64,000 nt of DNA from an uncultured Gemmatimonadaceae bacterium (GCA_963773545.1 CAVZBP010000003.1:862609-926608); one strand, 5' to 3'; shown: positions 47,643 to 58,583, counted from the first letter of the stretch. A program made the numbers and translations. Notes: generated from the sequence alone by a model not told the origin.

Positions 47643-48154
47643 CTTCGCTCCACTCTCTGATAGGGCTGCCGCAACCTGTCGTTGCAAAGGATCGCTTGTG
47701 TGGCGATGCTCACGGCGCCGGGGCGTTGCAGCCGAGGGCATATGTCTTCGCCGGGCGGCCGGGCGGACCACCTACCCCGGCTGCGCTGCCCAAGCCAACT
47801 TGCGAGACCCGTGCCGCGCGAAAAGCAAGCGCGCGATCCGTTGCCTGGCATTCTCCAGGCAACTCGCCCAGGACCGTGAGAGTGTCACGTTATTTTGCAG
47901 CAGCCGTGTTCATCGGGAGCGCCTGATGCCGGCCCGTGGATCCCGTGCGGTCGGTCCCCCTGGACCTCCAAGGGGGCGCGATCTGGGGGGCAGACGCGAC
48001 AGGTTGACGTGCGAGTCCGACAGCGCACCCTGCCGGACTCGCGCTCGACGGTGCCCTGCGGGCGCGACAGACGGTGGCGCCGGCGTGCGGAAGTGCGCAT
48101 TCTTAGCGAGAGATTGCGCGCCGCCGGCAGGACCATTCTTCGTGGAGTGACCGT

Positions 48155-48499
48155 ATGCGCTCGACGCCCGTGCGACTGCTTCCCCTGCTGTTGCTCCTCC
48201 TGGCCTGCGTTTCAGCCGCTGGCCGCCGGCGGCAGCAGGACGAGCCTGTGACCCAGGTCCGGGTACAGAATTCACGCTTCGTGGGCTACACGATCTACGT
48301 GCTGAACGGAAGAACTCCGCAGCGGCTGGGCCGTGTGGAGGCGACCAGCGAGGCCACGTTCATCATCCCCCGCGACCTGCTGTTCGGCCCCACGCCGCTG
48401 CAATTCCGCGCTGTGCCCCTGGCCAGCAGCGAGCGCCCCACCTCCGAGGTGCTGCAGGTGAGCCCGGGCGAAACCGTTGTCCTCTTGCTGCAGCCGTAG
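48155..48499 (+). CDS. hypothetical lipoprotein
   Basis: A signal peptide with lipobox LLAC|VS, then a beta-rich sequence. Confidence 0.5.
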   Translation: MRSTPVRLLPLLLLLLACVSAAGRRRQQDEPVTQVRVQNSRFVGYTIYVLNGRTPQRLGRVEATSEATFIIPRDLLFGPTPLQFRAVPLASSERPTSEVLQVSPGETVVLLLQP

Positions 48500-48547
48500 C
48501 TCCCGCGGCGGCCGGCGCCCGCCGGCGCCGGCCGCCGTGGGAGCTCG

Positions 48548-48754
48548 CTAGAGGTACTCCTGCGCGACCCGGAGGGCCGCGTAGATGCCAGCGCCCGTGC
48601 CCACCATGCTCACCATGAACGCGGTCATGGTGCCGACGTGCGCGCCGATCCACCAGCCCAACCCGCTTCCCACCGACGCGCCGACCATCGTGATCGCTCG
48701 TCGCACCGTGTCTCCCCGGAATACGAGAACCGTCCCACCGTGCCTCTCATGCAC
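48548..48754 (-). CDS. small hypothetical membrane protein
   Basis: A Gly-rich hydrophobic C-terminal ~45 aa; the start is unclear. Confidence 0.2.
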   Translation of the reverse strand: MHERHGGTVLVFRGDTVRRAITMVGASVGSGLGWWIGAHVGTMTAFMVSMVGTGAGIYAALRVAQEYL

Positions 48755-48778
48755 AGGACGACCGGCCGGACGCGCGGG

Positions 48779-50398
48779 TCAACGATGGCGTGCGCCGCTC
48801 GGCGAGCCGGCATCCACTCCCATCCACTCGCGGGCGATCTCCCGCAGCTTGTAGCGCTGAATCTTGCCCGTGGCTGTCTTGGGAAGCTGGCGGGTGAACA
48901 CGATCCGCCGCGGACACTTGTAGGATGCGAGTCGCGCGACCACGTGCCCTTGCAGCGCCTCTTCAACTGCGGTATCCGCCTCGCGTCCACGTGACAGGAC
49001 GACGAACGCAACGGTGCGCGTGAGCGCGTCGGCGCCTGGCACCCCCACCACTCCTGCTTCGAGCACGGCCTCGTGCTCCACGAGCACGCTCTCCACCTCC
49101 GCCGGCGACACCCACATCCCGCTCACGCGCATCATGTCGTCGTCGCGCCCCGCGTACCAGTAGTAGCCATCCGCATCCCGCCGATACTGGTCGCCCGTGC
49201 GAAGCCACTCCCCCATGACGGTTTTTTTCGTCCGCTCGTGCCGGTTCCAATATCCGGCACACGCGCTGTCGCCGCGCACGAGCAGCGTGCCGATCGTCTC
49301 GTCCGGCACCTCGGCCCCGTGTTCATCCACGATGCGGACCTCGTAGCCGGGGACGACGGTGCCGCTGCTGCCGGGACGTGCACGCCCTGGGGCGTTGGCG
49401 ATGTAGGTGTGGCACATCTCCGTGGAGCCCAGGCCGTCCAGGATCTCCACCCCGAAGCGCTCCCTCCATCGATCGTACAGCGAATGCGCCAGGGGCTCAC
49501 CCGCGGAGAAGCAGCAGCGCAGCGACGACAGGTCGAACCGCGACGCGGCATCCTCCATCTGCAGGAGCGCTGCATAGGCGGTGGGAACCGCGAAGAACAG
49601 CGTGGGCCGGTGTCGTTCGATGAGCGCGAACGTTCGCTCCACGTCGAAGCGGTGCGGGTCGAGGACGGTGGACGCGGCTACGCCGAACGGAAAGTACAGC
49701 GCGTTCCCCAACCCATAGGCGAAGAACAACTTGGCCACCGACAGCGTGCGATCGTCCGGTCGGATCTGCATGATGTGACGCCCGAAGCCATCGCAGCACA
49801 CCAGCATGTCATGGTGCAGGTGGATGGCGGCCTTGGGCGCGCCCGTGGTGCCCGAGGTGTAGAGCCAGAAGGCCGTGTCGTCGGTCGTCGTGGGCGCGGC
49901 GGCGGCATCGCTCGATGCGCACGCGACGAGCGCGTCGAGGGCCAGGGGGCCGCGCGCCGCCTCCCCCGCCACCACCATGTGCTCCAAAAAGCGCGCCTCG
50001 GAGCGCACGTGCGCAGCGGTTGGGAGCAGAACATCGCTCACCACGAGCACGCGGGCGCGGCTGTCATCCAGGATGAAGGCGTATTCCTCCGCACGCAGAT
50101 GCGTGTTGAGCGGGATCGGCACCGCACCAATGCGGATGGCGCCCCAGAACGTCGCCACGAAATCGAGTCCATCGCGCAGCAGCAGCACCACGCGGTCCTC
50201 CATGCGCACGCCCAACGCACGGAGCGCTGCGGCGGTGCAATGGACGCGGTCGGCCACGTCAGCGTAGGTCGCGCACACCCCATCACCCACCACCGCGACG
50301 CGGTTCCCTTCCCCGGCCGCCATCCGTGTGTCCACGAAATGGACCGCTGCGTTGAACGGCGCGGGAGATCCGCCAAGCACCGTCGCCTTCTCCGTCAC
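48779..50398 (-). CDS. benzoate--CoA ligase family AMP-dependent synthetase
   Basis: The AMP-binding motif is YTSGTTGAPKAAIH, with TGD and a C-terminal KTATGKIQR. It resembles benzoate/4-hydroxybenzoate-CoA ligases. Confidence 0.8.
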   Translation of the reverse strand: MTEKATVLGGSPAPFNAAVHFVDTRMAAGEGNRVAVVGDGVCATYADVADRVHCTAAALRALGVRMEDRVVLLLRDGLDFVATFWGAIRIGAVPIPLNTHLRAEEYAFILDDSRARVLVVSDVLLPTAAHVRSEARFLEHMVVAGEAARGPLALDALVACASSDAAAAPTTTDDTAFWLYTSGTTGAPKAAIHLHHDMLVCCDGFGRHIMQIRPDDRTLSVAKLFFAYGLGNALYFPFGVAASTVLDPHRFDVERTFALIERHRPTLFFAVPTAYAALLQMEDAASRFDLSSLRCCFSAGEPLAHSLYDRWRERFGVEILDGLGSTEMCHTYIANAPGRARPGSSGTVVPGYEVRIVDEHGAEVPDETIGTLLVRGDSACAGYWNRHERTKKTVMGEWLRTGDQYRRDADGYYWYAGRDDDMMRVSGMWVSPAEVESVLVEHEAVLEAGVVGVPGADALTRTVAFVVLSRGREADTAVEEALQGHVVARLASYKCPRRIVFTRQLPKTATGKIQRYKLREIAREWMGVDAGSPSGARHR

Positions 50399-50597
50399 AC
50401 ACCGCCTCCTTTCCGACTGCTCATCAGAGAGATCGCTCGCCAGGCTTCGCCCGCCGGCAATCGCGTTTTCTGGCGCGGTCCGCCACTCCTCAGCGCACGT
50501 CCGTCATCACGCACCGCCCCCGTCGCGCGCCACGCGCATCACGCCCCACGGCATCATGCCCCACGGCATCAGACCCCATGCTCGCCATGCGCCACGC

Positions 50598-51944
50598 TCA
50601 TACACTCGCCATCGCGTGCACGACTTCAGTGAGAAACCACCAGACGCCCACCAGCACGATGGCGCCCGGCACCACGAATCGCAGCCAGCGATACAGCCAC
50701 ACCGTGGCTGCCCGGGGCGTCTGTCCGCCCAGCTCTCGAAGCGCGGCGGCCCGGTCCATGGACCAGGCCACGGTGACCACCGCCAGCAACGCGCCGAGCG
50801 TCTGCATGCCCGACCCGAACGTCAGGTCCCACGCCACGAACACGCGCAGGTTCCGCATGGGCGGAACGGCCAGCAGGAACACGAGCGCCGCCATGGCCCA
50901 TACGGCTTGGCGGCGCGACCAGCGCGTGTTGTCGGTCAGTCCGGCGACCAGCACTTCGAACGCGGCCACGCCCGACAGATACGCGGCGCCGCCGAGTCCG
51001 ACAAAGAACAGCAGCCCAAAGAGCCACCCCGCCGGCATGCGCGCAAACACGCGCGGGAGCGTGTCGAACACCAGCCCCGGACCGCTCCCCGGCTCCAGCC
51101 CCAGCGCAAAGACCGCGGGGAAGATGGCGAGCCCCGCGAGCAGGCCGGCCATGGTGTCGCCCACCGCCGTCCACAACGCGTTGGTGCGCAGATCATCCGA
51201 CGGCGCCAGATACGAGCCGTACACCACCATGAACGTGCCGCCCAGCGAGAGTGAGAAGATGGCCTGCCCCAGCGCGGCCACCACGACGCGCGGCTCGAGC
51301 GCGCTCCATCGCATCGTGAGCAGGTACCACTGGACGCCCGTCCACGCGCCCGGTAGCGTGAGCGCCCGCACCACGAGCAGGAGCAGGATGGCGAACAGCG
51401 ACGGCATGATCCAGCGACTGGCGCGTTCGATCCCACCACGGAGGCCACGCAGCAGTACCAGCACGCTGACCAGGATGATGATCGCCGTGCAGGCGAGTTG
51501 GCGGAGCAATGACCCGGTATCCGACCCGGCCGCGGGCGGAAGAATGCGCGATCCATCGAGAAGCACGCCGGCGGGGCGAAGCAACTGCGCCGCCGCGTAG
51601 TACAGCACCCATCCGATGACGTTCGTGTAGTACGCGGTCGCTGCCGCGACGACGGCGAACAGCACCCACCCCACCACGCGCCCTCCAGGCAACCCACCCC
51701 GCGCAAACGCGCCCACCGAACCGCGGCGCGTGGCGCGGCCCAGCGCGAGCTCGGCCATGAGCCCCGGGATCCCGATCACCGCCACCACCGCGACGTACAC
51801 CAGGACGAACGCCGCCCCGCCGTAGCGCCCCACCATATAGGGGAAGCGCCACACGTTGCCTAACCCCACCGCCACTCCCACCATGGTGGCGAGGGTGCCG
51901 AAGCGGGAGGCAAACGTCTCCCGCGCGCCGCCGGCCGTGCTCAC
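50598..51944 (-). CDS. sodium-dependent transporter, NSS (SNF) family
   Basis: GLGNVWRFPY signature with about 11-12 TM helices. Confidence 0.9.
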   Translation of the reverse strand: MSTAGGARETFASRFGTLATMVGVAVGLGNVWRFPYMVGRYGGAAFVLVYVAVVAVIGIPGLMAELALGRATRRGSVGAFARGGLPGGRVVGWVLFAVVAAATAYYTNVIGWVLYYAAAQLLRPAGVLLDGSRILPPAAGSDTGSLLRQLACTAIIILVSVLVLLRGLRGGIERASRWIMPSLFAILLLLVVRALTLPGAWTGVQWYLLTMRWSALEPRVVVAALGQAIFSLSLGGTFMVVYGSYLAPSDDLRTNALWTAVGDTMAGLLAGLAIFPAVFALGLEPGSGPGLVFDTLPRVFARMPAGWLFGLLFFVGLGGAAYLSGVAAFEVLVAGLTDNTRWSRRQAVWAMAALVFLLAVPPMRNLRVFVAWDLTFGSGMQTLGALLAVVTVAWSMDRAAALRELGGQTPRAATVWLYRWLRFVVPGAIVLVGVWWFLTEVVHAMASV

Positions 51945-53119
51945 GCGCGCCGGCCGGCATCACGTGCGATCTCTGTCGCCAGCACGTCGAGCGCGCGGTC
52001 CACATCGGCGAGCGACGAATAGAAATGCGGCGCGAGGCGAATCATCCGTCCACGCGCGGACGGCAGTACTCCCTGCGTCCGCATCCGAGCCTCGATGGCG
52101 TGCGCGTCGCCGGGACAGACGAACGCCGTCGTGGGCGTCTTGCGCTCCGGATCGCGCGGACTCACCAGCTCGAGCCCACGGGCCAGCCCACCGTCGATCA
52201 ACCGGCGCGAGAGGACGCGCGTCCACTGGCCAATGCGCTCCGGACCCACTTCGGCGATCAGCGCCATCCCGGCGCGCGCGATGTAGGCATCCAGGATGGG
52301 CGGCGTCCCCGTCTCCATACGCGCGGCACCCGGCGCCCAGTCCAGCAGCCTGGCGTCAAAGGCAAATGGATCGTGCCGGCCGAACCAGCCGGTCACGCGG
52401 GGGTGCAGGCGCTCCAGCACCGATGGCCGAACGTACAGGAATGCGATACCGGCCGTCCCCATCAAGAACTTGAGGGTGCCCGAGGCCAGGAAGTCCGCGT
52501 CCATCGCCTCCACGTCCACGGGCTCCGTCCCCAGCGTCTGATACGCGTCGACGAACACGAGCGCGCCGCGATCGTGCGCAATGCGCGCGATGCCGGCGAT
52601 GTCCTGCTTGAGGCCGGTCTGATAGCCGCCGTGGCATGCGGACACCAGCAGCGTGTGCGCGTCCACCGCCTCAGCGTACCGCTCGAGCGAGTCGATGGCG
52701 TCCAGCACGGGAAGCCACCGCACGACGGCGCCGGCGCGCTCCTGCGCCAACCACACGTGCCCGATGGTGGGAAACTCGGCGTCGGTCACCACCACAGTCG
52801 GGCGCGCGCCCGTGAAATCGAGCGCGGACGCGACGCTGCTCGCCGCCTGTGACACACTGCCACAGACCGCCACCGCGTGGGCCGGAGCGTTGATGAGACG
52901 CGCGAACTGCTCGCGGGCACGCCCCACTTCACCCAGCCAGGCCTCCCAGTCCATCCCTCGCCGGTCCCACATCGCCAGGAACGCGTGCGCGGCGGCACGG
53001 GTGACGTCGGACTGCGGCGCCTGGGAGCAGTTGTTCATCGGAATCACCGACTCCAGCAACGGGATCCGGCGGCGCCAACGCTCCAGGTCGTACGGCGGGT
53101 GTGCGGTGGGATCTGCCAT
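51941..53119 (-). CDS. class V aminotransferase-fold PLP enzyme (kynureninase/IscS-like superfamily)
   Basis: A PLP-fold with Lys in SGTLKFLMG. The start is M140 of the track ORF. Confidence 0.75.
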   Translation of the reverse strand: MADPTAHPPYDLERWRRRIPLLESVIPMNNCSQAPQSDVTRAAAHAFLAMWDRRGMDWEAWLGEVGRAREQFARLINAPAHAVAVCGSVSQAASSVASALDFTGARPTVVVTDAEFPTIGHVWLAQERAGAVVRWLPVLDAIDSLERYAEAVDAHTLLVSACHGGYQTGLKQDIAGIARIAHDRGALVFVDAYQTLGTEPVDVEAMDADFLASGTLKFLMGTAGIAFLYVRPSVLERLHPRVTGWFGRHDPFAFDARLLDWAPGAARMETGTPPILDAYIARAGMALIAEVGPERIGQWTRVLSRRLIDGGLARGLELVSPRDPERKTPTTAFVCPGDAHAIEARMRTQGVLPSARGRMIRLAPHFYSSLADVDRALDVLATEIARDAGRRA

Positions 53120-53396
53120 GTCTTCCTGACAAGCGCGGCACAGCGGGTGGGTGATGCCGGCACGGAGCGCACGAGCAACAAGAGCCGCTTCGCGGTGGAA
53201 CTTGGCTCGCGACAAGCAGTTCCGCCAGCGTGTCAGGGAGACCCCGACACAGCGCCGCCGCCCTCCCCGACCGGCGACCACCGGAACTCCCACGTGGAAA
53301 AGGGTTGAGGCCCGACAGATTCGCCACTCCCGCGGCGCCACCTTGCATGCAGTCAATACGGAGCCCGGCTCCCCAACCCACGCAGGAGTAGGCACA

Positions 53397-54050
53397 ATGA
53401 GAACGCGCTTCGTCGCTACCGCGATTGCAACCTTGGCTACCGCTCTCCTCGCCGGACCCATCGCCGCGCAGGGAGGTCCCAATATCCGCGTGCAGGTGCA
53501 ACCCGAAAGCAAGCTGTGGCTCGACGGCAACTCCACGCTGCACGAATTCAGCTGCCGTACTGCCGATATCCAGGCGACCGTCGCGGTCGACCCTGCGTAT
53601 CGCTACGCCGATCCCGCCTCCCGGACGCACCCCTTCAACAGTGTGGACGTCCAGATCCCGGTCAAGAGCCTCAAGTGCGGCAAGGACGGCATCGACAAGA
53701 ACATGTACAAGACGCTCAATGCCGATGACTTCCCGCTCATCCGCTACACGCTCAAGAGCTACAAGGTGGAGCCGGGAACCATCGCCGGCGACAGCATGGT
53801 GGTGACGGCGGTCGGCACGCTGACCATCTCGGGGCAGGATCGCGAGGTCACGATGAAGGTCAACACCCAAGCGCAGCCCGACGGCGCGGTCCGCGCGCAG
53901 GGCACGTTGTCGCTCTTGCTGACGGATTTCGGGATCAAGCCGCCCAAGTTCATGCTCGGCACCCTGAAGGTCGATAACAAAATCGATATCGGATTCGACC
54001 TGCACGTCACGTCCACGGGTGCGGTTGCCGAGGCGCTGGGTCTTCGCTGA
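53397..54050 (+). CDS. YceI-like periplasmic protein
   Basis: A signal peptide followed by a YceI beta-barrel pattern. AGGAG lies upstream of the ATG. Confidence 0.8.
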   Translation: MRTRFVATAIATLATALLAGPIAAQGGPNIRVQVQPESKLWLDGNSTLHEFSCRTADIQATVAVDPAYRYADPASRTHPFNSVDVQIPVKSLKCGKDGIDKNMYKTLNADDFPLIRYTLKSYKVEPGTIAGDSMVVTAVGTLTISGQDREVTMKVNTQAQPDGAVRAQGTLSLLLTDFGIKPPKFMLGTLKVDNKIDIGFDLHVTSTGAVAEALGLR

Positions 54051-54245
54051 ACCCACGCGGCGGCTCGACCCACGGGCGGCCCTTCGGGGCCGCCCGTCGT
54101 GCGTTGCACCACGCACAGGCTCAGAGCTCGCCGGTTACCACTCTCCGGAGCGTGGGCGCGCACACCGCGCGAAACGGTGGACCGACCGCCGAGTGCTGGC
54201 CTGCACCGTGCACGGTTCTCCTGTGCTCGGACTCCGGAGATCCCC

Positions 54246-55703
54246 ATGACAACGACCATCGATCGCAGCACGCTCGATGCCGTCCGCGATGCGGCACACG
54301 CGCTCCGCGGCGCTCCCGACGATTTCGATCCCCTGATGGATCGGATCGGCACGGCGCGATTCGTCCTCATCGGTGAAGCATCGCACGGGACGCACGAGTT
54401 TTACCGGATCCGGGCGGAGATCACCAAACGGCTCATTCGCGATCACGGGTTTCGCGGCGTCGCCGTGGAAGCGGATTGGCCGGACGCCGACCGCGTGCAT
54501 CGCTACGTCCTGGGTCGGAAACGGAGCGGGAGCGCCGGTTCATCCGCGCCGAGCTCACAGGGACACGCCCCACGGCCGGCGACGTACATCGACGACGGGG
54601 ACGCGTGGGATGCCGCCGACGCGCTCTCGGGGTTCCAACGCTTTCCCCAGTGGATGTGGCGCAACGCCGACGTGCTGGACTTCGTGGGATGGCTGCGCGC
54701 CGAGAACGAGCGCCGCGCCACCACCAACGCCCCGGCCGTGGGGTTCTACGGGCTGGACCTGTACAGTCTCCACCGGTCCATCCAGGCGGTGCTGGACTAT
54801 CTGCGTCGGGTGGATCCCGAGGCCGCGCGGCGGGCGCAAGAGCGCTACGCGTGCTTCGAGCACGTGGGCGCGCGCCGCGGAGCGCGCGGTGCGGAACAGG
54901 CGGATGCCCAAGCGTACGGATATGCGGCCAGCCTTGGGTTAACGCCCACCTGTGAAGACGAGGTGGTGCATCAGCTGGTCGACCTGCGCGCGCACGCCGC
55001 CGACTACGCGCGGCGCGACGGGCGCGTGGCCGCGGACGAGCTGTTCTTTGCCGAGCAGAACGCACGCGTGGTGCAGAACGCGGAAGCGTACTATCGGTCG
55101 ATGTTTGCCGGCCGCGTTTCATCATGGAACCTGCGCGACCGCCACATGGCCGAGACGCTGATCGCGCTGGTGGAGCACCTGGAGACCGAGGCGCGAAGCC
55201 CCAAGCTCGTTCTGTGGGCGCACAACTCCCACCTGGGCGATGCGCGCGCCACACAGATGGGACGGTGGGGCGAGCTCAACGTGGGACAGCTCGTGCGCGA
55301 GCGGTACGGCACCGCCGCCTGTCTGGTGGGGTTCACCACGTACGAGGGCACGGTCACCGCGGCGTCTGACTGGGACGAGCCAGCGCAGCGGAAGCGCGTG
55401 CGTGCCGCGCTGCCGGACAGCTACGAGGCGCTCTTTCACGAGACGGGCGTCGGCAACTTTCTCGTCGATCTGCGCGAGAGCAGCGACGCTTCCGAAGCGC
55501 TGCACGCGACGCGTCTCGAGCGCGCCATCGGCGTGGTATACCGTCCGGAAACGGAGCGTCAGAGCCACTACTTCGAGGCGGAGCTGTCGCGGCAGTTCGA
55601 CGCCGTGCTGCACTACAATGTGACGCGCGCGGTGGAGCCGCTGGAGCGCACCGCGCGATGGAACGCGGGCGAGGTGCCGGAAACCTATCCCACGGCGCTC
55701 TGA
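54246..55703 (+). CDS. erythromycin esterase (EreA/EreB) family protein
   Basis: FVLIGEASHGTHEFY, and HNSHLGD are conserved Ere-family motifs. Confidence 0.8.
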   Translation: MTTTIDRSTLDAVRDAAHALRGAPDDFDPLMDRIGTARFVLIGEASHGTHEFYRIRAEITKRLIRDHGFRGVAVEADWPDADRVHRYVLGRKRSGSAGSSAPSSQGHAPRPATYIDDGDAWDAADALSGFQRFPQWMWRNADVLDFVGWLRAENERRATTNAPAVGFYGLDLYSLHRSIQAVLDYLRRVDPEAARRAQERYACFEHVGARRGARGAEQADAQAYGYAASLGLTPTCEDEVVHQLVDLRAHAADYARRDGRVAADELFFAEQNARVVQNAEAYYRSMFAGRVSSWNLRDRHMAETLIALVEHLETEARSPKLVLWAHNSHLGDARATQMGRWGELNVGQLVRERYGTAACLVGFTTYEGTVTAASDWDEPAQRKRVRAALPDSYEALFHETGVGNFLVDLRESSDASEALHATRLERAIGVVYRPETERQSHYFEAELSRQFDAVLHYNVTRAVEPLERTARWNAGEVPETYPTAL

Positions 55704-56359
55704 TGACGACCGCCGTCTCGCGCACCGTCACCGTGCCCGCCGCGGCGGTGGCACTCACTGGCGATCTGGTCGTTCCCGTGGCCGCGCGTGGCATCGTGCT
55801 GTTCGCGCATGGGAGTGGCAGCAGCCGGCACAGCCCACGGAACCGGCGCGTTGCGGACACGCTGCAGGAGGCCCGGTTGGCCACGCTGCTCCTGGACCTC
55901 CTCACGCCGGACGAGGAACGCGTGGATGAGCGGACACGGCATCTTCGCTTCGACATCGACCTCCTCGCTGCGCGGTTGGTGGCCGCCATCGACTGGCTGG
56001 GCCAGCAGGAGGAAACGGAGCGGCTCGCGATCGGGTGCTTTGGTGCGAGCACCGGCGCCGCGGCGGCGCTGCGCGCGGCGGCCGCACGCACGGAACGGGT
56101 GCTCGCCGTCGTGTCGCGCGGGGGACGCCCGGACCTGGCAGGGGCGGCACTGGAGCACGTCCACGCGCCCACGCTTCTCATCGTGGGCGGCCGTGACACG
56201 CAGGTCCTCGCACTCAACGAGCAGGCGCGCGCTCGGATGCGCGCTCCGGCCGCGCTCGAGATCGTGCCGGGCGCCACGCATTTGTTCGAGGAGCCGGGCG
56301 CGTTGGACGCCGTGTCCGTACTGGCGCGCGACTGGTTCGCTCGCTACCTCACGCCCTGA
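55703..56359 (+). CDS. dienelactone hydrolase family alpha/beta hydrolase
   Basis: The nucleophile elbow is GCFGASTG. The start overlaps the previous stop (TGATG). Confidence 0.75.
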   Translation: MTTAVSRTVTVPAAAVALTGDLVVPVAARGIVLFAHGSGSSRHSPRNRRVADTLQEARLATLLLDLLTPDEERVDERTRHLRFDIDLLAARLVAAIDWLGQQEETERLAIGCFGASTGAAAALRAAAARTERVLAVVSRGGRPDLAGAALEHVHAPTLLIVGGRDTQVLALNEQARARMRAPAALEIVPGATHLFEEPGALDAVSVLARDWFARYLTP

Positions 56360-56364
56360 GCGCG

Positions 56365-56387
56365 CTTGGGCGTCGGCCGTGCCCAAG
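56365..56387. terminator. 7-bp GC stem-loop between convergent genes (weak candidate bidirectional terminator)
   Basis: cttgggc-N9-gcccaag. No U-tract is present. Confidence 0.2.
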
Positions 56388-56450
56388 GCTTCCGCGATCG
56401 TCACTCGCTCCCCGAGCGCGCGCGGGGACGGAGACCGCGCTGCGCCCGCC

Positions 56451-58583
56451 CTACCAGAGCCGATAGCCCGGCGACACGAGATGCGGCGGCAGGTACATGG
56501 CGAAGAACGGCCCGTACGCGATGAGGATGAGCACCACCGCCAACCCCACCCACAGCCACAGCCTGTCGAGCCGCGTCTCCCACCCCGTGGTGGCGGGCGC
56601 GGTCAGCGTGTAGGAAAACGGGATGTCGCCCGCGTCCTCGGTGCGGCGGCCAAAGAATACGGTCACCACGAGAATCACGAGAAAGAGCACGGCACCCACG
56701 AACATCAGCGAGCCGCCCACACCCGTGATGACTCCGGCCAGGTGCCAGCCCGGGCGCGAGTAGGTTGCTCCCGCCATGAAGGTGCGCCGCGGCATCCCCT
56801 GCAGTCCGCCCGAGATGAGACCGCGCGCCATCACGAATACACCAATGGCGTAGATCCACGCTTGCGCCACCGCCAGCTTCGGCGCCCAGAGCGAGCGCTT
56901 GGTGAGATACGGCACCAGCCAGTACGCCACACCCATGAACGTGAGCGCCACCGCGCTCCCCACCGTCATGTGAAAGTGCCCCGGGACCCACGCCGTGTTG
57001 TGCACCACCTGATTGACCGTGTAGCTGGCGTTGATCAATCCGGTGATACCACCCAGCACAAACGTGAGCATCGCAAGCAACTGTGCCACGAGCGACGGGT
57101 CTCCCCACGGCAGCGCGCGAACCCATCCCAGAAGCCCCCGCCCCCCGCGGGCGCGCCCGCCGATCTCGAGCGCCGCCATGATCGAGAATGCCGTCGCCAG
57201 ACTCGGCCAGAAGATCGCGAACGTGATGCCCGCGTGCAGCCCCTTCATGGTCTGCGGCACGCCGGGATCCGTGTACTGGTGATGGAATCCCGTCGGAATG
57301 GAGATGAGCAGGAACATCACGAAGATCACGCGCGACAGGGCGTCGCTCAGGATCTTTCCCCCCGCCTGCCGCGGCACCAGCGCGTACCACGACACGTACG
57401 CGGGCAGCAGCCACGCGTACACGATCGCGTGCCCAGTGAACCAGAAGAGCGTTCGGTTGAGCAACGGATCGACCTTGGCCAGAAGGCCCAGCGACCACGG
57501 AAGCAGGAAGCCGACGAACGACACCGCGATGCCCAGGGAGGCCAGACACCACATCGCCCAGCTCGTGACGCAGATGTAGGCCAGCAACGGGATCCGTGCA
57601 CCCGGGTGGTCCACACGCCAGGCGTGCAGGGTGAGGAACATGTTCGCGGCCACGAGCCACGTGCTCACCACCACCAGGACGAGTCCCAGATAGAACGTCC
57701 AGTGCGCCTGGAGCGGCGCGTAGGCGGTGTACAGGACGCTGGCGCGGTTGGTGACCATGGCCCAGGCTGCCAGCGCCACACCCAACACCATCGCGCCGAA
57801 GGCGGCGTAGAGCAGGGTGCTGTTGAGCCGGCGACTGAGCGCGCGGGCCGTCATGAGGAGGAGAAATCCGTTTCCGAACGCGAAGGTGAGCACGATCGCA
57901 TTGGCCACCCCGTGCACCGTAAGCCCCTGGTAGTAGCTGCGCAGTCCAGGGAAATGCGGCAGGATGTTGATGCCGGCGTACGAGAGCGCCTGCGCGAGTC
58001 CGTGCGCCACGCCCGAGGCCATCGCGGCGAATCCGAGGAGCACGAACCACAGAATGACGCGGCACTGCGCCGTGGGAAGCTCGAATCCGGTGGGGTCGTA
58101 GACCACGGGGGCGCTCATTCGACGACTGACCGCGGCGTGCATGGTCTGATGCCCCACCCCGCAGTACTCGTGGCAGATGAGCAGATGCTGCCCGGGCTCG
58201 CGGAACGTGTAGGTGGTGCGCGTAATCTGTCCGGGGATGACCATCACGTTCACGCGCGTGCCCTCAATGTCGAATCCGTGAATCACATCCACCGAGCTCA
58301 CCACGAACGTGACCTCCGCGTTGACGGGCACACGGATCTCCGCCGGCATGAAGGCCCACGCCATCGCGACGACGTCTGCTTCATACTGGTTCGGACCGGT
58401 CTGGCGGACGCCGGGGTGATCGAACGGCGGCGTGCGCAGCAGGGCCGCCGGATCCACTTCTCCCCCGCGGCCGGGAAGGTGGTAGCCCATGGCCACGCTG
58501 GCGTACACCAGCGCGCCCATGAACGCCACCAGCATCAGGGCGCCAACCGTCAGAAACGCGCGCTCGTAGGTGTGCACCTTCAT
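56451..58583 (-). CDS. fused heme-copper oxidase subunit II (cupredoxin CuA) + subunit I, ba3-like (B-family)
   Basis: The N-terminal ~170 aa have a TM helix plus the CuA motif HEYCGVGH. The remaining ~540 aa are a 13-TM subunit I with the His ligands. Confidence 0.85.
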   Translation of the reverse strand: MKVHTYERAFLTVGALMLVAFMGALVYASVAMGYHLPGRGGEVDPAALLRTPPFDHPGVRQTGPNQYEADVVAMAWAFMPAEIRVPVNAEVTFVVSSVDVIHGFDIEGTRVNVMVIPGQITRTTYTFREPGQHLLICHEYCGVGHQTMHAAVSRRMSAPVVYDPTGFELPTAQCRVILWFVLLGFAAMASGVAHGLAQALSYAGINILPHFPGLRSYYQGLTVHGVANAIVLTFAFGNGFLLLMTARALSRRLNSTLLYAAFGAMVLGVALAAWAMVTNRASVLYTAYAPLQAHWTFYLGLVLVVVSTWLVAANMFLTLHAWRVDHPGARIPLLAYICVTSWAMWCLASLGIAVSFVGFLLPWSLGLLAKVDPLLNRTLFWFTGHAIVYAWLLPAYVSWYALVPRQAGGKILSDALSRVIFVMFLLISIPTGFHHQYTDPGVPQTMKGLHAGITFAIFWPSLATAFSIMAALEIGGRARGGRGLLGWVRALPWGDPSLVAQLLAMLTFVLGGITGLINASYTVNQVVHNTAWVPGHFHMTVGSAVALTFMGVAYWLVPYLTKRSLWAPKLAVAQAWIYAIGVFVMARGLISGGLQGMPRRTFMAGATYSRPGWHLAGVITGVGGSLMFVGAVLFLVILVVTVFFGRRTEDAGDIPFSYTLTAPATTGWETRLDRLWLWVGLAVVLILIAYGPFFAMYLPPHLVSPGYRLW

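Noticed and set aside
50399-50597. Direct repeat gccccacggcatca x2 between the NSS transporter and the CoA ligase
   Set aside because: It is only two short copies, and no hairpin or known motif was recognised. Noted but not interpretable.
58076-58095. tRNA-like T-arm string ggaagctcgaatccggtgggg
   Set aside because: It lies inside the oxidase subunit I coding frame with no acceptor stem or anticodon arm context. No tRNA or rRNA genes were recognised anywhere in the window.
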